From NCBI GenBank assembly GCA_963844715.1, contig CAWJPJ010000006.1:1184001-1248000 (forward strand): 64,000 bases of DNA, written 5' to 3'. Below the pieces are notes generated by a model. It was not told where the DNA came from. It did no database searches and saw nothing but the letters and a program-made list of their open reading frames with translations. Below are positions 1 to 12,640 of this stretch, one piece after another. This DNA is from an uncultured Phycisphaerales bacterium. Its GTDB lineage: Bacteria > Planctomycetota > Phycisphaerae > Tepidisphaerales > Tepidisphaeraceae. The position numbers and the translations under genes were made by a program. Every line of letters starts with the position of its first letter. The first letter of the stretch is position 1.

Positions 1-393
1 TGTCTCCGCCTGATCATCCTCATGATGCCCCAGCGCCACCCCAAGCAAATTCTCCCGGTTGATCACGCGAGAAAAAAGCTCCATCCGCATCGCCCGCCAC
101 CGCGCCGAAGGATTGGCCGGCGGGTCCCGCAGCGTGCCCTCCAATTCCTCGCGCCGCGCGATGGTGCATGGCAAGCGCATCGACCCGGCCAATTCGCGAA
201 CGAATCGCGCATCTCCCGCGCTGGCTTCCCCGCGAAGCTGATGATCCAAATGAATAACGTGAAGTGACAAATCCGCCCGGCGGGCGAGCAAAAGCAGCAG
301 CGCCACGCTGTCCGCCCCCCCGCTGACGGCAACTCCCCACGCGCCGGACGCCGGCGCTGGGCGCAATTCAATTGTCTGGGAAGTTTGGCTCAT
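1..393 (-). CDS. tilS: tRNA(Ile)-lysidine synthase, N-terminal part (runs off window start)
   Basis: Not in the ORF track. Manual translation from ATG at 393 gives MSQTSQ...WGVAVSGGADSVALL...HLDHQLRG...GHHEDDQAET, with the PP-loop SGGxDS and the HxDDQAET TilS motif. Confidence 0.93.
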   Translation of the reverse strand, partial: MSQTSQTIELRPAPASGAWGVAVSGGADSVALLLLLARRADLSLHVIHLDHQLRGEASAGDARFVRELAGSMRLPCTIARREELEGTLRDPPANPSARWRAMRMELFSRVINRENLLGVALGHHEDDQAET

Positions 394-416
394 CGGCAGG
401 TATGGTAACCTGCCGA
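393..416. terminator. Hairpin between clpX and tilS
   Basis: tcggcagg-tatggtaa-cctgccga, 8-bp perfect stem right after the clpX stop; no clear U-tract. Confidence 0.35.
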
Positions 417-421
417 ATTAG

Positions 422-1810
422 TTACGCCGATTCTTTTCGGCGTTCGGGTTTGAAATCGAAGAGTTGTCCGCGCCCTTCGACGATCTCCTCGTTGATGACG
501 TATTTCCCGGCCTGTTGCTGCTCGGGAAGGAGATACATCAATTCCATCATGATCTCTTCGCAAACCGCCCGCAGCGCCCGCGCCCCGGTATCCCGTTTCA
601 GGGCCCGCTCGGCGATCAGTTCCAGCGCCGCCGGGGTGAATTCCAGCTCGCTTCCCTCCAGGCGGAAGAACTTCTGATACTGCTTCACCAGCGCGTTCTT
701 CGGCTCGGTCAGGATGCTGATCAAGGTCTTGGTATCCAGCGGCTCCAGCGTCGCCACCACGGGCATGCGGCCCACGAATTCCGGAATCATGCCGTATTCG
801 ACGAGATCCTCCGGCTGAATCTGCCGCAAAATCTGGGCCCGATCCCGCGACGATTCCAGCGCCGTTGTCTCGCTGTTGAATCCGATCTGCCGTTTTCCGA
901 GCCGTTTGCGGATGATGTCTTCCACGCCGACAAACGTCCCGCCGCAGATGAACAGAATCTGGCTGGTGTCCATCTGGATGTACTGCTGTTCCGGATGTTT
1001 CCGGCCGCCCTGCGGGGGAATATTGGCGATCGTGCCTTCGAGCATTTTCAGCAGCGCCTGCTGGACGCCCTCGCCGGAAACGTCGCGCGTGATCGACACG
1101 TTATTCTGCGTCTTGCCGATCTTGTCGATTTCGTCGATGTAAACGATTCCGCGCTGCGCCGATTCCAGATCGTAATCCGCGTTCTGAAGCAGCTTGAGGA
1201 GGATGTTCTCGACGTCCTCGCCGACATATCCGGCCTCGGTCAGCGTGGTCGCGTCGCCGATGGCGAACGGAACGTTCAGGATTCTCGCCAGCGTCTTGGC
1301 CAGCAGGGTTTTCCCGCTGCCCGTCGGCCCGATGAGAAGCACGTTGCTCTTGTCGATTTCAACATCCGACGTCGAAGGCGTCGGGCTCGCCCCTTCCGGA
1401 TTGTTCACATTGCTCGATTCCGCCGTGCTGAGCCGCTTGTAATGATTATGCACCGCGACCGACAGAGCCTTCTTCGCGTAGCCCTGCCCGACAACGTATT
1501 GATCCAGGAAATCCTTGATTTGCCGGGGAGAGGGAATGCTGCTGAAGAGCGGCTGGCTAGCCGTCAGCTTGCGCTTTTCCTGGCGAATGATGTTGTGCGC
1601 CAGGTCGACGCAGTTGGCGCAGATGTAAACGTCGTTGGGACCCTCGACCATCGGGCCCACGTCCCGCGAAGACTTCCCGCAAAACGAGCACGTTGTAATG
1701 CGGCGACCGCGAAACCCACCCGGTGGATTTTGAGGATTGCCCGGCGGTGGAGGGTTACCAGGTCCGCCCGGTCCGCCTGTGCCTCCGCCCGTCCGATTGG
1801 TAGTGGCCAT
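422..1810 (-). CDS. clpX: ATP-dependent Clp protease ATP-binding subunit ClpX
   Basis: Zn finger CSFCGK...CANC, Walker [34 protein letters not shown] loop. Confidence 0.98.
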   Translation of the reverse strand: MATTNRTGGGTGGPGGPGNPPPPGNPQNPPGGFRGRRITTCSFCGKSSRDVGPMVEGPNDVYICANCVDLAHNIIRQEKRKLTASQPLFSSIPSPRQIKDFLDQYVVGQGYAKKALSVAVHNHYKRLSTAESSNVNNPEGASPTPSTSDVEIDKSNVLLIGPTGSGKTLLAKTLARILNVPFAIGDATTLTEAGYVGEDVENILLKLLQNADYDLESAQRGIVYIDEIDKIGKTQNNVSITRDVSGEGVQQALLKMLEGTIANIPPQGGRKHPEQQYIQMDTSQILFICGGTFVGVEDIIRKRLGKRQIGFNSETTALESSRDRAQILRQIQPEDLVEYGMIPEFVGRMPVVATLEPLDTKTLISILTEPKNALVKQYQKFFRLEGSELEFTPAALELIAERALKRDTGARALRAVCEEIMMELMYLLPEQQQAGKYVINEEIVEGRGQLFDFKPERRKESA

Positions 1811-2116
1811 CGACTCTGCATCCTCACGGGCCCTCTGCCAGGCCCCGTATCTCGTTGCGACTCCCGCTCGCTAGCCTCCGCGCAAACAACCGGCCGACAG
1901 CGAGTTAACCAAAGTAGGTTATCGAACAACGCCCGGTATGGACTTGATCCCCAATCCATACCGCGACCCACATCTTACTAGAGATCGACGCGAAAAGGAA
2001 AATCAATTCCGAACGATATGGAAATTCTCCGTTATCAGTCACTTGCGTCAAAATTATCGGCCCCACCGGTCCGTGCCGGGCCCGCCCTCACGCCCCGCAG
2101 CCGCCGCATTGCCCCT

Positions 2117-2425
2117 TCAACCCTTGCCAGCCTCCTTGGGCTTGCCCCCACTCTCCTTCATGCGGACCTGCGCCGCCGCCACCACCCGCGCCTTGGCTTT
2201 TTCGAATTCCTCATCGCTGATATGCCCGCCCTTTTTCAATTCCCGAAGATCGCTCAATGAAAATCCGTCCGGCCCGGCCCCCGTGTCCTCCTCATCGCCC
2301 CACATCCGTTTGCGAATCGCCAAAACTCCCCACGCCCCCGCTACGACGATCGCCACCAGCGCCACGCATATAAACAGTATGGACGTCGCATCCACATCGG
2401 CGACCGTAACCCAAACCGGACGCAT
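2117..2425 (-). CDS. Small membrane protein with a SHOCT-like C-terminus
   Basis: N-terminal TM helix, then LRELKKGGHISDEEFEKAKA. Confidence 0.7.
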   Translation of the reverse strand: MRPVWVTVADVDATSILFICVALVAIVVAGAWGVLAIRKRMWGDEEDTGAGPDGFSLSDLRELKKGGHISDEEFEKAKARVVAAAQVRMKESGGKPKEAGKG

Positions 2426-2507
2426 TTAAGAAACTCCCGCAAAGCCAACAGAGGGCAATCCTTCGGCACAGCCGCGCCCGCCATGCGTGGGGAAGGTCAC
2501 GCGGCGA

Positions 2508-4065
2508 TTATTGACCACTCCCCTGCGTCGACGGAATTAGCCGGAAAATCTTTCCCGTCCCGTCGTAGACTTTAATCTTCCCGTCCACGATGCGTATGCG
2601 CCCAAAATCCAATATATAGAGCGACCCGTCCGGCCCGAATTTCACATCGATGGGCCGCTCCAGCGCGTATTCCGGGGAGTCGTGCAGTCCGCTCGCCGGT
2701 CCACCTGCCGTATTATATATGAAGTCCTGCACCTCGCGCCGATCCGGATCCACCCGCACGATCTTGAACCCCGTGGGCGTGCCCATCAGCGGCTGATCCG
2801 CGTTCGAAAACGGGGACCGATCCCCCCATAACGCCACGACCAAATCCCCCGCATACTCGCGAAACGGCCCGTTCGACGGCACAAAATCCATCTTCGACGC
2901 GCCCGCCTGCGAGGGGAATTGCGCCGCCATCCATCGCATATCCGGATCGGTCAGGCCGCTTGCCTCGTGGTCGATTACAAATCCAACGTCGGGATAACCG
3001 GTGGGGATCACCATCCAACTCGGCGGCTGAAACTCCGCCTCGCCCACGGGATGCAAACTCCGGCTGAAATCCGGCCACCCGTACCACGCATCCGTCACCA
3101 GGCGAAACAGTCCGTCCGGATCATGCGAAATCGGCCGCGTCCCGCGAAGCTCCATCCCCTGATCCGTAAAATAAACCCGCCCGAATTCGTTCACGATCAA
3201 CCCGACCGGATTTCTCACGCCCCACGCCTCGAGCCGCAAATCTCCCCCCTCCGGCGAAATGCTGTAAATCGCGCCCGTAGGCTTCGACATCGGCGACGCC
3301 GGTATTCGCGTAATGTCGCTGACGCCGAACGGCTCGAACGGCACGGTCACCGTCGTGTCCGATGAGAAAATGCTGGCCTTCGGATTCTGGGCGTCAAACC
3401 GATATCCCAGCAGCTTCAACGGCTTGGCCGGCAAATCGCACGCACCCGGATGGTCCCGCACCCAGCCCGTCTCCCAGTTGTCCAGCCCCACCACGCCGCT
3501 GTTCGTCGTCTGCGCCGACCCCGAAATACAGCCGCTCGTGAATCGACGAGACGGCGATGTCCGTCATCCCGTAATCCCCCTGCGTCGGCAAATCCGCCAC
3601 CACCGTCACGTGCGACCCGTCATATCCGAACGACGTAATCACGCCCCGGTCGTGGGCGTCCCGGTGGGAAACGAAAATCCGCCCTCGATAGCAGACGATT
3701 CCCCCGACCGGACCGTAAACTCGAAACCCGGGCTTGATGATCGGTATCCGGGTCTCGATCGGATAAATGTCAAACCGCGTCCCGTTGGGGCGAATCCCGA
3801 AAATGCGCGGGTCTTCGCCATCGTAACCGCCTTCGGTCACGATCATGTTCCCAAGTTCGTCAAAGCAAAACCCCGTCGGATTGTTCAGATTGTAAACGTA
3901 GGGCTGAAGTTCGAAATTGCTGGGATACTCCGTCGTCTTGCGATCAATCACCGTTTGCTGATCCGGCGGCAGGACCCGCGGTCCGACCACGCATCCCCCG
4001 GCAACCAACAGCCCGGCAAGGCCTACGAATCTTCCCAACCATCCGATCGATCTTGAGCTAATCAT
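2508..4065 (-). CDS. Lipoprotein, glucose/sorbosone dehydrogenase-like beta-propeller (frameshift near 3500)
   Basis: Lipobox LLVAGGC; GVRNPVGL, WYGWPDF, RPIDVKFGPDGSLYILDFG; two ORFs join into one gene. Confidence 0.8.
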
Positions 4066-4112
4066 GGATTGGCTTCATCTATACCGCCGGGCGGCCCGGC
4101 TGTCACGATCCT

Positions 4113-5052
<940 letters not shown>

Positions 5053-5185
5053 TCATCTTCCTTTCCGTTTCGGACGATTTGATTATGAACAAACCGGCAG
5101 GAGATTCAAATTCCCTTGATGGTAAGCCCACGCACTGCCATGGGTGGGCGTTTGACGGAGATCGGACCTACCATACTCCCGAACC

Positions 5186-6586
5186 ATGGCCCGCGCCGAC
5201 TACTATCCCCGCCCCCGCGCTGCTCGATTCGCCCTCCGAATCCAACGCTCAACTCCTGCGCCAAGTCCTCGCCCTGGCCCTCCCCGTCCTGGCCGAGCAG
5301 GTTCTCAACATGCTGGTCGGCATCAACGACACTTATCTGGCCAACCATCTCCCCCAGCATGCCCCCGACGCCGGCGCGGCCGTGGGAACCATCACCTACT
5401 TCATCTGGTTCATCGGATTGCTGGTCGCTTCCATCGGCACGGGGAGCACCGCCATCATCGCCCGCGCCAAAGGCGCGCGCCACAAATCGCTGGCTAACAA
5501 AGTTACCGGGCAATCCATCTCCGCCGCTTTGATTGTCGGCGTCGCCGTCGGCGTCCTGATGTACGCCTTCGCTCCCGAAACCGCCGCCGCCACGCGCCTC
5601 CAGGGGCTGGCCCGGCCGATGGCTTTCTATTACCTCCGCCTCCTCAGTTGGTCGCTTCCACCTTACATGCTCATGTTCGTCGCCAACGCCTGCCTGCGCG
5701 GCGGCGGAGACACCGTCACACCCGCGGTGAGCATGATCTTCGTCAACCTCCTCAACATGGTCGCCAGCTTCGCTCTAACCCGCGGCTGGTGGGGTCTCCC
5801 CGTCCTCGGCTTCCAGGGCATCGCGCTGGGAACCATGATCGCCTACATCACCGGCGGCGTTCTCCAATTCGTCGTCCTCTGCATCGGAACCCGCGGCGCA
5901 AAGCTCTATCTGCACCGCCTGCCGCCACATTGGCACACCATCAAACGCCTCCTGAAAATCGGCATCCCCGCCGGCATGGAGGGGCTGATCGCCTGGGCGC
6001 GAACTTCGCGGTGATTGCGGTCATTAACGCGATGGACTCGACGAACATCTCGTCGGCCGCCCACATGAACACGATCCGCCTGGAGAGTCTCAGTTTCATG
6101 TCCGGCATCGCCTTCGCGACCGCCGCGGCGACGCTCGTCGGCATGAGCCTGGGGCAGAAAAATCCCCGCCGGGCAATCCGCGCCGCTTATCTCTCCTATG
6201 CCGTCGGGGGCGGACTCATGACTTTCTGCGGAATCCTCATGATCACCCTCGGCCGTTACCCTGCTGAGTGGCTCTCCTCCGGCGACCCCCAGATCGTCCA
6301 TCTCACCACCCGCTGCCTCTTCATCACCGGCTTCATCCAATCCGGATTCGCCGCCAACCTCATCTTCGGCGGCGCCCTCCGCGGCGCGGGCGACACCCTG
6401 GTCGTCATGATCCTCAACCTCTCGACCCAACTCACGCTCCGCTGCATGGGCGTCATCGTTGTCGGCCTCTGGTTTCATCTCGGCCTGGCCGCAGTTTGGA
6501 TGGTCCTGGCCGGCGAACTCTTCATCCGAGGATGCCTGACGTACGCCCGCTTCCGTCAAGGCGGATGGATGACGATTCAAGTCTGA
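5186..6586 (+). CDS. MATE-family efflux transporter (frameshifted; start uncertain)
   Basis: LALPVLAEQVLNMLVGINDT, LRGGGDT, LRGAGDT; multiple TM segments over two ORFs. Confidence 0.9.
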
Positions 6587-6615
6587 TCCGGATTGTCCTT
6601 CCAGCTCGGACGGTA

Positions 6616-6727
6616 AAAAGCATTAGCACGGAGGACACAGAGATCACAGAGAGCACAGAGAAAAAATTCTTGTTTTGTTTTTCTCTGTGCTCTCTGTGAT
6701 CTCTGTGTCCTCCGTGCTAATGCTTTT
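6616..6727. repeat. Long perfect palindrome built of cacagag-type 9-mers
   Basis: aaaagcattagcacggaggacacagagatcacagagagcacagagaaaaa ... tttttctctgtgctctctgtgatctctgtgtcctccgtgctaatgctttt, between convergent genes. Confidence 0.95.
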
Positions 6728-7898
6728 GAGACAAGCCCACAGGAAATAAAACCGGGAGAAGTTTTTCCACCGCGTGCCGCCAGGTGTAATTCTTCTGCAC
6801 GATTGCCGGGCCCGTCTGATGCGCTTGCCGGCGAATTTCCGGGTCCTCGATCACTTGGCACATCAAATCCGCCAGGTGATCCACATCCGGCTCAAGATAC
6901 GTCCCCGTCTCACCGTGATAATCCGTTTTCTCCGTCAGTTTGCTTTTGATCCGCATCGCAAAATCGTCGCGCATAAAATCATCGGTCGGGCCGCCTGCCG
7001 TGCAGATCACCGGCGCTCCGCACGCCGCCGCTTCCAGGGCGGGAAGACAGAATCCCTCCGCGCGGTACGGCGCCACGTAGGCGTCGGCCAGCCGGTATAG
7101 CATCGCCACGTCTTCAAACGGCGCGGCACCGCCTCGGTAATGCAGCGAATTCCCGACTCTCTGCGCGTCTTCCGCCGGCAGTCCCGCCATCCGCGCGGCA
7201 AGCGCCTGATCGGAGTGGTAAAGCTCGTCCAGGCCCTTGACCATCAGACGCGTATTGGGATGTTTCCGCGTGACGATCGCCATCGCCTTGAGCAACACGT
7301 CGATCCCCTTGTTCATCGTCCCCGCGCCGACGGTGAGAAATACCGTCCCATCCCACCGCATCGCGCGGCGCATCTCCTCGCGCAGCGTTTCATCCATCGG
7401 CGAAAAGACCTGCGCATCCACTCCGTGGGGGACGACCACCACCCGCTCGGGCGGCGCGCCGCTGGCGAGCAGACCCTGCGCGACCAATTCGACGGCGTGA
7501 CGATCGTCGCCGCGCTCTCGGCAAGGGTTTCGGCGATCGACCGATTATCAAACGTATATTCCCTGGGAATCATGCGAAATTCGGCGGTCGTGAAGACAAC
7601 CGTGCGATCCGCCTGCGGCGAATCGCCGCAGGTCAATCCTCCCGCCGATGCGATACAGCGCGTCGAACCTTTCCCCCTCCCCCGGCATACGAATCGCGGC
7701 AATTTGCCTTTCCTGCTCGACCGAAAACAGACCTCCCACAGGCTTCCAGTGCGGCGCCAAATAAGGAAGGTCCCGATGCGCGATGGAAATTTCCGGCCGC
7801 TTTAGCAGTTCCAAAATCTGGAACTGATTCACCATCGCATAAGAATGCGGCAGCCCCCGCCACCCCTCGATCAGTAATTTCTTCTGCCCTTGGGCCAT
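6717..7898 (-). CDS. Glycosyltransferase family 4 (frameshifted)
   Basis: VVPHGVD, NKGIDVLL, PYRAEGFCLPALEAAACGAPVI. Confidence 0.88.
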
Positions 7899-8690
7899 TT
7901 ACCGATTCCGATTTAGACGCGCCGTCACCGCGGCCGCAAAGCGCCGCGGCACCAGCCGCGGAATCGACGCGAGAATTTTATTCGTCCATCCCGTCGCCAC
8001 CGCCCGCTTGCCCCGCATGGTCGCGGCGTATGCGATCTCCGCCACTCTCCGCGACGTCATGGATGTCGCCATCAATTTTGACGACGTCATCCCCGCGCGT
8101 TTCCCAAACTCCGTCGCCGTCGGCCCGGGGCAGACCACCGTCACGGTCACGCCCGTCCCCTTGAGTTCCGTCGCCAGCGCTTCGGAATAGGAAAGCACAA
8201 ACGCCTTGGTCGCGTAATACACCGCCATCCCCGGCCCCGGCATGAACCCCGCCACCGATCCCAGATTCATCACCCGCCCGCTCTTGCGCTGAATCATCGG
8301 CGGCAAAAACAGCCGCGTCAGATGCACCAGCGCCCCGATGTTCACCTGCACCATCCCAAGCTGCACCATCGGATCGCTTTCGGCAAACGCCCCCACGCTC
8401 CCGAACCCCGCGTTGTTCACCAGGAAATCCACCGCGATCCCCGCGGCCCCGACCTGATCGTAAACTTCCTGCCCCGCCCCCGGCAGCGCCAGGTCCTTGA
8501 CGATCACTCTCACATTCACGCCACGCTCCCCGCGAATCTTCTCCGCCAGCGCATGAAGCTGATTCTCGCTCCGCGACACCAGCACGAGATCGTGCCCCTC
8601 GCGGGAAAAAATTTCCGCCAGATCGCGCCCGATCCCCACCGATGCCCCCGTCACCAGCGCGGTCTTACCCGAGCGATTGGCCATACCCAT
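7899..8690 (-). CDS. Short-chain dehydrogenase/reductase
   Basis: TGASVGIG, NNAGFG, YYATK (YxxxK). Confidence 0.95.
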   Translation of the reverse strand: MGMANRSGKTALVTGASVGIGRDLAEIFSREGHDLVLVSRSENQLHALAEKIRGERGVNVRVIVKDLALPGAGQEVYDQVGAAGIAVDFLVNNAGFGSVGAFAESDPMVQLGMVQVNIGALVHLTRLFLPPMIQRKSGRVMNLGSVAGFMPGPGMAVYYATKAFVLSYSEALATELKGTGVTVTVVCPGPTATEFGKRAGMTSSKLMATSMTSRRVAEIAYAATMRGKRAVATGWTNKILASIPRLVPRRFAAAVTARLNRNR

Positions 8691-8693
8691 ACT

Positions 8694-9335
8694 CTACGGC
8701 GAAAGCCGCTGGATCGTCCACGTCCCGTCCGGTTGCAATGAATAAAGCAACCGATCGTGCAACCGGCTCGCGCGCCCCTGCCAGAATTCGATCTTCTCCG
8801 GCTTCAGCCGATATCCACCCCAAAAATCCGGCACCGGCACCTTCCCCACGGCGTATTTAAGCACCGCCTTCGCCGCCGCCTTATCCAATTCCAGCCGCGA
8901 GGAAATCGGAGTGCTCTGCTTTGAAAACCAGGCCCCGATCTGCGAAAGCCGGGGACGAGAATGAAAATACTCTTCTGTCTCCTCGCGGGTCACTCGCGCG
9001 ATCGTCCCTTCCACGCGCACCTGTCTCTCGAGACTTTCCCAAAAGAATACCATTGCCGCGTGCGGATTTACCTCCAGATCGCATCCCTTGCGGCCGTCGT
9101 AATTCGTGTAAAAAACAAAGCCGCGGGAATCGAACCCCTTCAGCAGCATCACCCGCGCGGAAGGCTTCCCCGACGGATCGGCGGTGGCCAGGACCATCGC
9201 GTTGGCCTCCCCCGTCTTCGCAGCCACCGCTTCTTCCAGCCACTTCGCAAACTGCGCCATCGGCTCGGACAACGTGGACGAGTCGTCCAAGTGCCCTTTG
9301 CCGTATTCGACGCGCAAGTCACGTGGATCGATCAT
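8694..9335 (-). CDS. pdxH: Pyridoxamine 5'-phosphate oxidase
   Basis: PSARVMLLKG, FYTNY, EFWQGRASRLHDR, RLSP. Confidence 0.97.
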   Translation of the reverse strand: MIDPRDLRVEYGKGHLDDSSTLSEPMAQFAKWLEEAVAAKTGEANAMVLATADPSGKPSARVMLLKGFDSRGFVFYTNYDGRKGCDLEVNPHAAMVFFWESLERQVRVEGTIARVTREETEEYFHSRPRLSQIGAWFSKQSTPISSRLELDKAAAKAVLKYAVGKVPVPDFWGGYRLKPEKIEFWQGRASRLHDRLLYSLQPDGTWTIQRLSP

Positions 9336-9630
9336 GGCCTTTCCTTTTGCGCGGCCACAATGGGGGCCAACTATGATCTTTGCGCCACTTCGCTTCGGCG
9401 CGATCTTCCTTTTCCTTAAGCTTTGAAAATTCGGCCAGCGTCATGCATTGCATCGTGCGCTCGATTGGCCGGGATAGGGCCTCGGCGCCATATCTTGCCA
9501 ATCGCACCAATTCGAGCAATTCGATTCGCTGCTGACCCGTAAGCGAATGTACCCAATTCGATTCTTCTTGCTCGTTCCTAAAATTCGGAACCGGAATCGA
9601 AAATAACGAGCGGTCGAAGGGATCGAGCAT
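9319..9630 (-). CDS. Small hypothetical protein
   Basis: MLDPFDRSLFS...NWVHSLTGQQRIELLELVR; AT-richer than flanking genes. Confidence 0.55.
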   Translation of the reverse strand: MLDPFDRSLFSIPVPNFRNEQEESNWVHSLTGQQRIELLELVRLARYGAEALSRPIERTMQCMTLAEFSKLKEKEDRAEAKWRKDHSWPPLWPRKRKGHDRST

Positions 9631-9759
9631 GGCAGTGTCTCCAGTTCGCTCGCTCGTCGAAATCAATCCCCGATTACGCCGCACAAAATTGGACGTCCTC
9701 GGCCTCCAAATCGGTGAGCGCCACAAATCCAAACCGCGACTTGTCCAGCTTCTCTTCGA

Positions 9760-10774
9760 TCATTGCTTATAAAACTTCGGCTCCGGCTTACCGAGCTTCT
9801 CCCATTGCTTATTGATCTCATCCATCTTCCCAGCGCTATTCAGCACGTGCAGCTTCCTCTGCACCATCTTTGTGATCGCCTCGCGGGCCGGGCCGAGGTA
9901 ATTCCGTGGATCGAACTCCGCCGGCTTGGTCGCGAAGACCTCGCGAATCTTGGCGGTCATGGCCAGGCGGAGATCGGTGTCGATGTTCACCTTGCAGACC
10001 CCGTAATTCCGCACCGCCATCGAAATCTGGTCCTCCGGCACGCCGCTGCGCGTTCGGCATCGCGCCGCCGTACTTGTTCACCAGGTCGATGAACTCCTGC
10101 GGCACGCTGCTGCTCCCATGCATCACCAGCGGCAAGCCCGGGCACGTCTTCATGATCTGCTCGATCCGATTGAACGCGAGCTTCGCCTCGTGCTTGAACT
10201 TGTATGCCCCATGGCTCGTTCCGATGGCAACGGCCAAACTGTCGATCCCCGCCCTCTCAGAAAAATCCGCCGCCTGCTCCGGGTCGGTCAAAAACTTCTC
10301 GACGTTCTTCTCATATTCCGCGGCGTCCAGTCCGACCACGTCTTCCTCGATCCCGCCGAGCATTCCCAGCTCTGCTTCAACGACCACGCCCGCCGCGTGC
10401 GAAATCTTCACCGCCTCGGCGGACAACTTGATGTTCTCCTCGAGCGGATGATGGCTCCCGTCGATCATGACGCTGGTGTATCCGTCATTGATGCAGGTCT
10501 GGATCAGATCGATCGTATCTCCATGATCGCAGTGAATCGCGATCGGCAGTTCCGGATGCTCCTCCACCGCCGCATCGATAATGTGCTTCAAATACCGGAT
10601 GTTCGCGTACTTCCTCGCCCCCTTGCTGATCTGCAAAATCAGCGGCGATTTCTCCCTGAAGCAGGCGTCGATAATCGCCTGCGCCAGCTCCATGTTGTTG
10701 ACATTAAAAGCCCCAACGGCAAACCCGCCGCCATAGGCCAGATCAAACATCGGTTTCGTCGTCATTAAAGGCAT
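9760..10774 (-). CDS. fba: Class II fructose-bisphosphate aldolase (frameshift near 10045)
   Basis: AVGAFNVNN, HCDHG, SVMIDGS, AIGTSHGAYKF, VMHGSSSV, KVNIDTDLR. Confidence 0.95.
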
Positions 10775-10847
10775 TTCTTTGTTCCTTTCGAGCGCAGAAC
10801 AAGCATTTTAGTGAGGGGAAGCGAAGACGCAAATGAGAGCGAGTGGT

Positions 10848-10978
10848 GAAACCAGAAGCCCGAAGCCAGAAACCAGAATCCATGCCCAAATGCTCAAATG
10901 ACCGAATCGGCCCTTCGGTCATTCGGTCATTCGGGTTTGATTCTGGTTTCGGGTTTCTGGTTTCTGGTTTCGGATTTT
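10848..10978. repeat. Composite heptamer inverted repeat (aaaccag/ctggttt and aatgacc/ggtcatt units)
   Basis: Left arm gaaaccagaagcccgaagccagaaaccagaatc...aatgaccgaa; right arm ttcggtcattcggtcattcggg...ttctggtttcgggtttctggtttctggtttcgg. Confidence 0.9.
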
Positions 10979-10981
10979 CGC

Positions 10982-12035
10982 TCACGCAACCGTTATCGAA
11001 GAATCGAGATAAATATCCTGAATCAAATTCAGCAACTTCACCCCATCCGTCATCGGCCGCTGAAACGCCTTGCGGCCGCTGATGAGTCCCATCCCACCGG
11101 CGCGCTTATTGATGACCGCCGTCTTCGCGGCTTCGGCGAAATCATTCGCACCGCTTGCTCCGCCGCTGTTGATCAGCGGGCTGCGGCCCATATAGCAATT
11201 CGCCACCTGATACCGGCACAGCTCGATCGGGTGATCGCCTGGCGTCAGTTCCGAATAAACGCGCTTGTCCGTCTTCCCGAATTTCAGGGCGGTAAATCCG
11301 CCGTTGGTCTCGGGCAGTTTTTGTTTGATGATGTCCGCCTGGATCGTCACGCCAAGATGATTCGCCTGCCCGGTTAGATCGGCGGCGACATGATAATCCT
11401 TCTCCGCCGTCTTGAACGCGGGATTGCGCAGGTAGCACCAGAGCACGGTCACCAATCCCAGCTCGATGCGCCGCGGCAAACATCTTGGACACTTCCTGAA
11501 TCTGCCGCGACGACTCGTCCGATCCGAAGTAAATCGTCGCCCCCACCGCCACCGCGCCCATGTCGAACGCCTGCTTGACGCTCCCGAACATGATTTGATC
11601 GAACTTGTTCGGATAAGTCAGAAATTCGTTGTGATTCAGTTTCACCAGGAAGGGAATCCTGTGCGCATATTTGCGCGAGCACGATCCCAGGACGCCCAGC
11701 GTCGACGCCACCGCGTTGCAGCCGCCTTCGACGGCCAGCTTGATGATATTCTGCGGATCGAAGTACAAGGGATTGGCCGCGAAGCTCGCCCCGGCCGAGT
11801 GCTCGATCCCCTGATCCACCGGGAGAATCGAAACATATCCCGTCCCCGACAGCCGCCCGTGGTTGATAATCTGATTGAAATTGCGCAGAACGTTCGGACA
11901 CCGATCCGTCTGAGCAACAATTCGATCCACAAAATCCGGCCCCGGAAGATGAAGTGATTCCTTCTTGAATCCCTTGGCCGTGTAATTCAACAATTTGTCC
12001 GCGTCATTTCCCAAAAGATCTGTAATCGCGCTCAT
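10982..12035 (-). CDS. fbaB: Class I fructose-bisphosphate aldolase, DhnA/FbaB type (frameshift near 11470)
   Basis: [43 protein letters not shown]. Confidence 0.95.
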
Positions 12036-12175
12036 AGTTCTCCTTCATGGAATGCGAATTCTAGCCACTATGATTAGAATTCGTCCCCGAAGTAATAGGG
12101 AAATCGCCCTATTTTTTGTCGATAAATGATTTTTCGCACTCCAAACGCCCGCCGCGCCGTCGTGGGCCATTTTAT

Positions 12176-12532
12176 TTATATCGAAGACTGATTCCCCGCC
12201 CCGCGAAGCAGTTCAGGAAGGATTTGCACAAACCGGCTCCGCGCCACGATATCCCGAATCCCCATCCCCCTGGCGGCGTTAATGGTTTCTTCATCAACAT
12301 GCGAAACGAACCCGACGACCTTTCCTCCCCCCTTCTGCCATTCCGCCGCCGCTTCCGACGCCCCGGCCAGATTCAAATCAACGATGAGGAGCCGTCCCCC
12401 CGGCGGCAATTTCCCGGCCTCGCGCACAATCTGGCACTCGACCCCCGCCGCCCGAGCCTCAGCCATAATCCGCCCCGAAAACATCAGGTCGCGAACCAGC
12501 GCAAGGATTGGATATGTAATGCTTTCCGCCAC
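12176..12532 (-). CDS. Stand-alone receiver-like protein
   Basis: DLMFSGRI...LLIVDLNL...VGFVSHVD; resembles a CheY-like fold. Confidence 0.6.
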   Translation of the reverse strand: MAESITYPILALVRDLMFSGRIMAEARAAGVECQIVREAGKLPPGGRLLIVDLNLAGASEAAAEWQKGGGKVVGFVSHVDEETINAARGMGIRDIVARSRFVQILPELLRGAGNQSSI

Positions 12533-12588
12533 AGTGTGAAATTCTATTCCAAACGATTGAAAACATCGCGTCGAAAAGCGCGCCTCCC

Positions 12589-12640
12589 CATTCGGTCATT
12601 CGGTCATTGATTCGTCATTCGGATTTCGTCATTCGGATTT
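12589..12640. repeat. tcattcgg / ttcggatt repeat arm
   Basis: cattcggtcattcggtcattgattcgtcattcggatttcgtcattcggattt. Confidence 0.85.

Noticed and set aside
1..393. Functional link between tilS and the tRNA(CAT) fragment
   Set aside because: They are 63 kb apart and nothing in the sequence connects them.
464..1981. Long antisense ORFs (505 aa opposite clpX, and similar ones opposite xylB, hhyS and GT2)
   Set aside because: Shadow ORFs expected in high-GC DNA, with no recognisable motifs.
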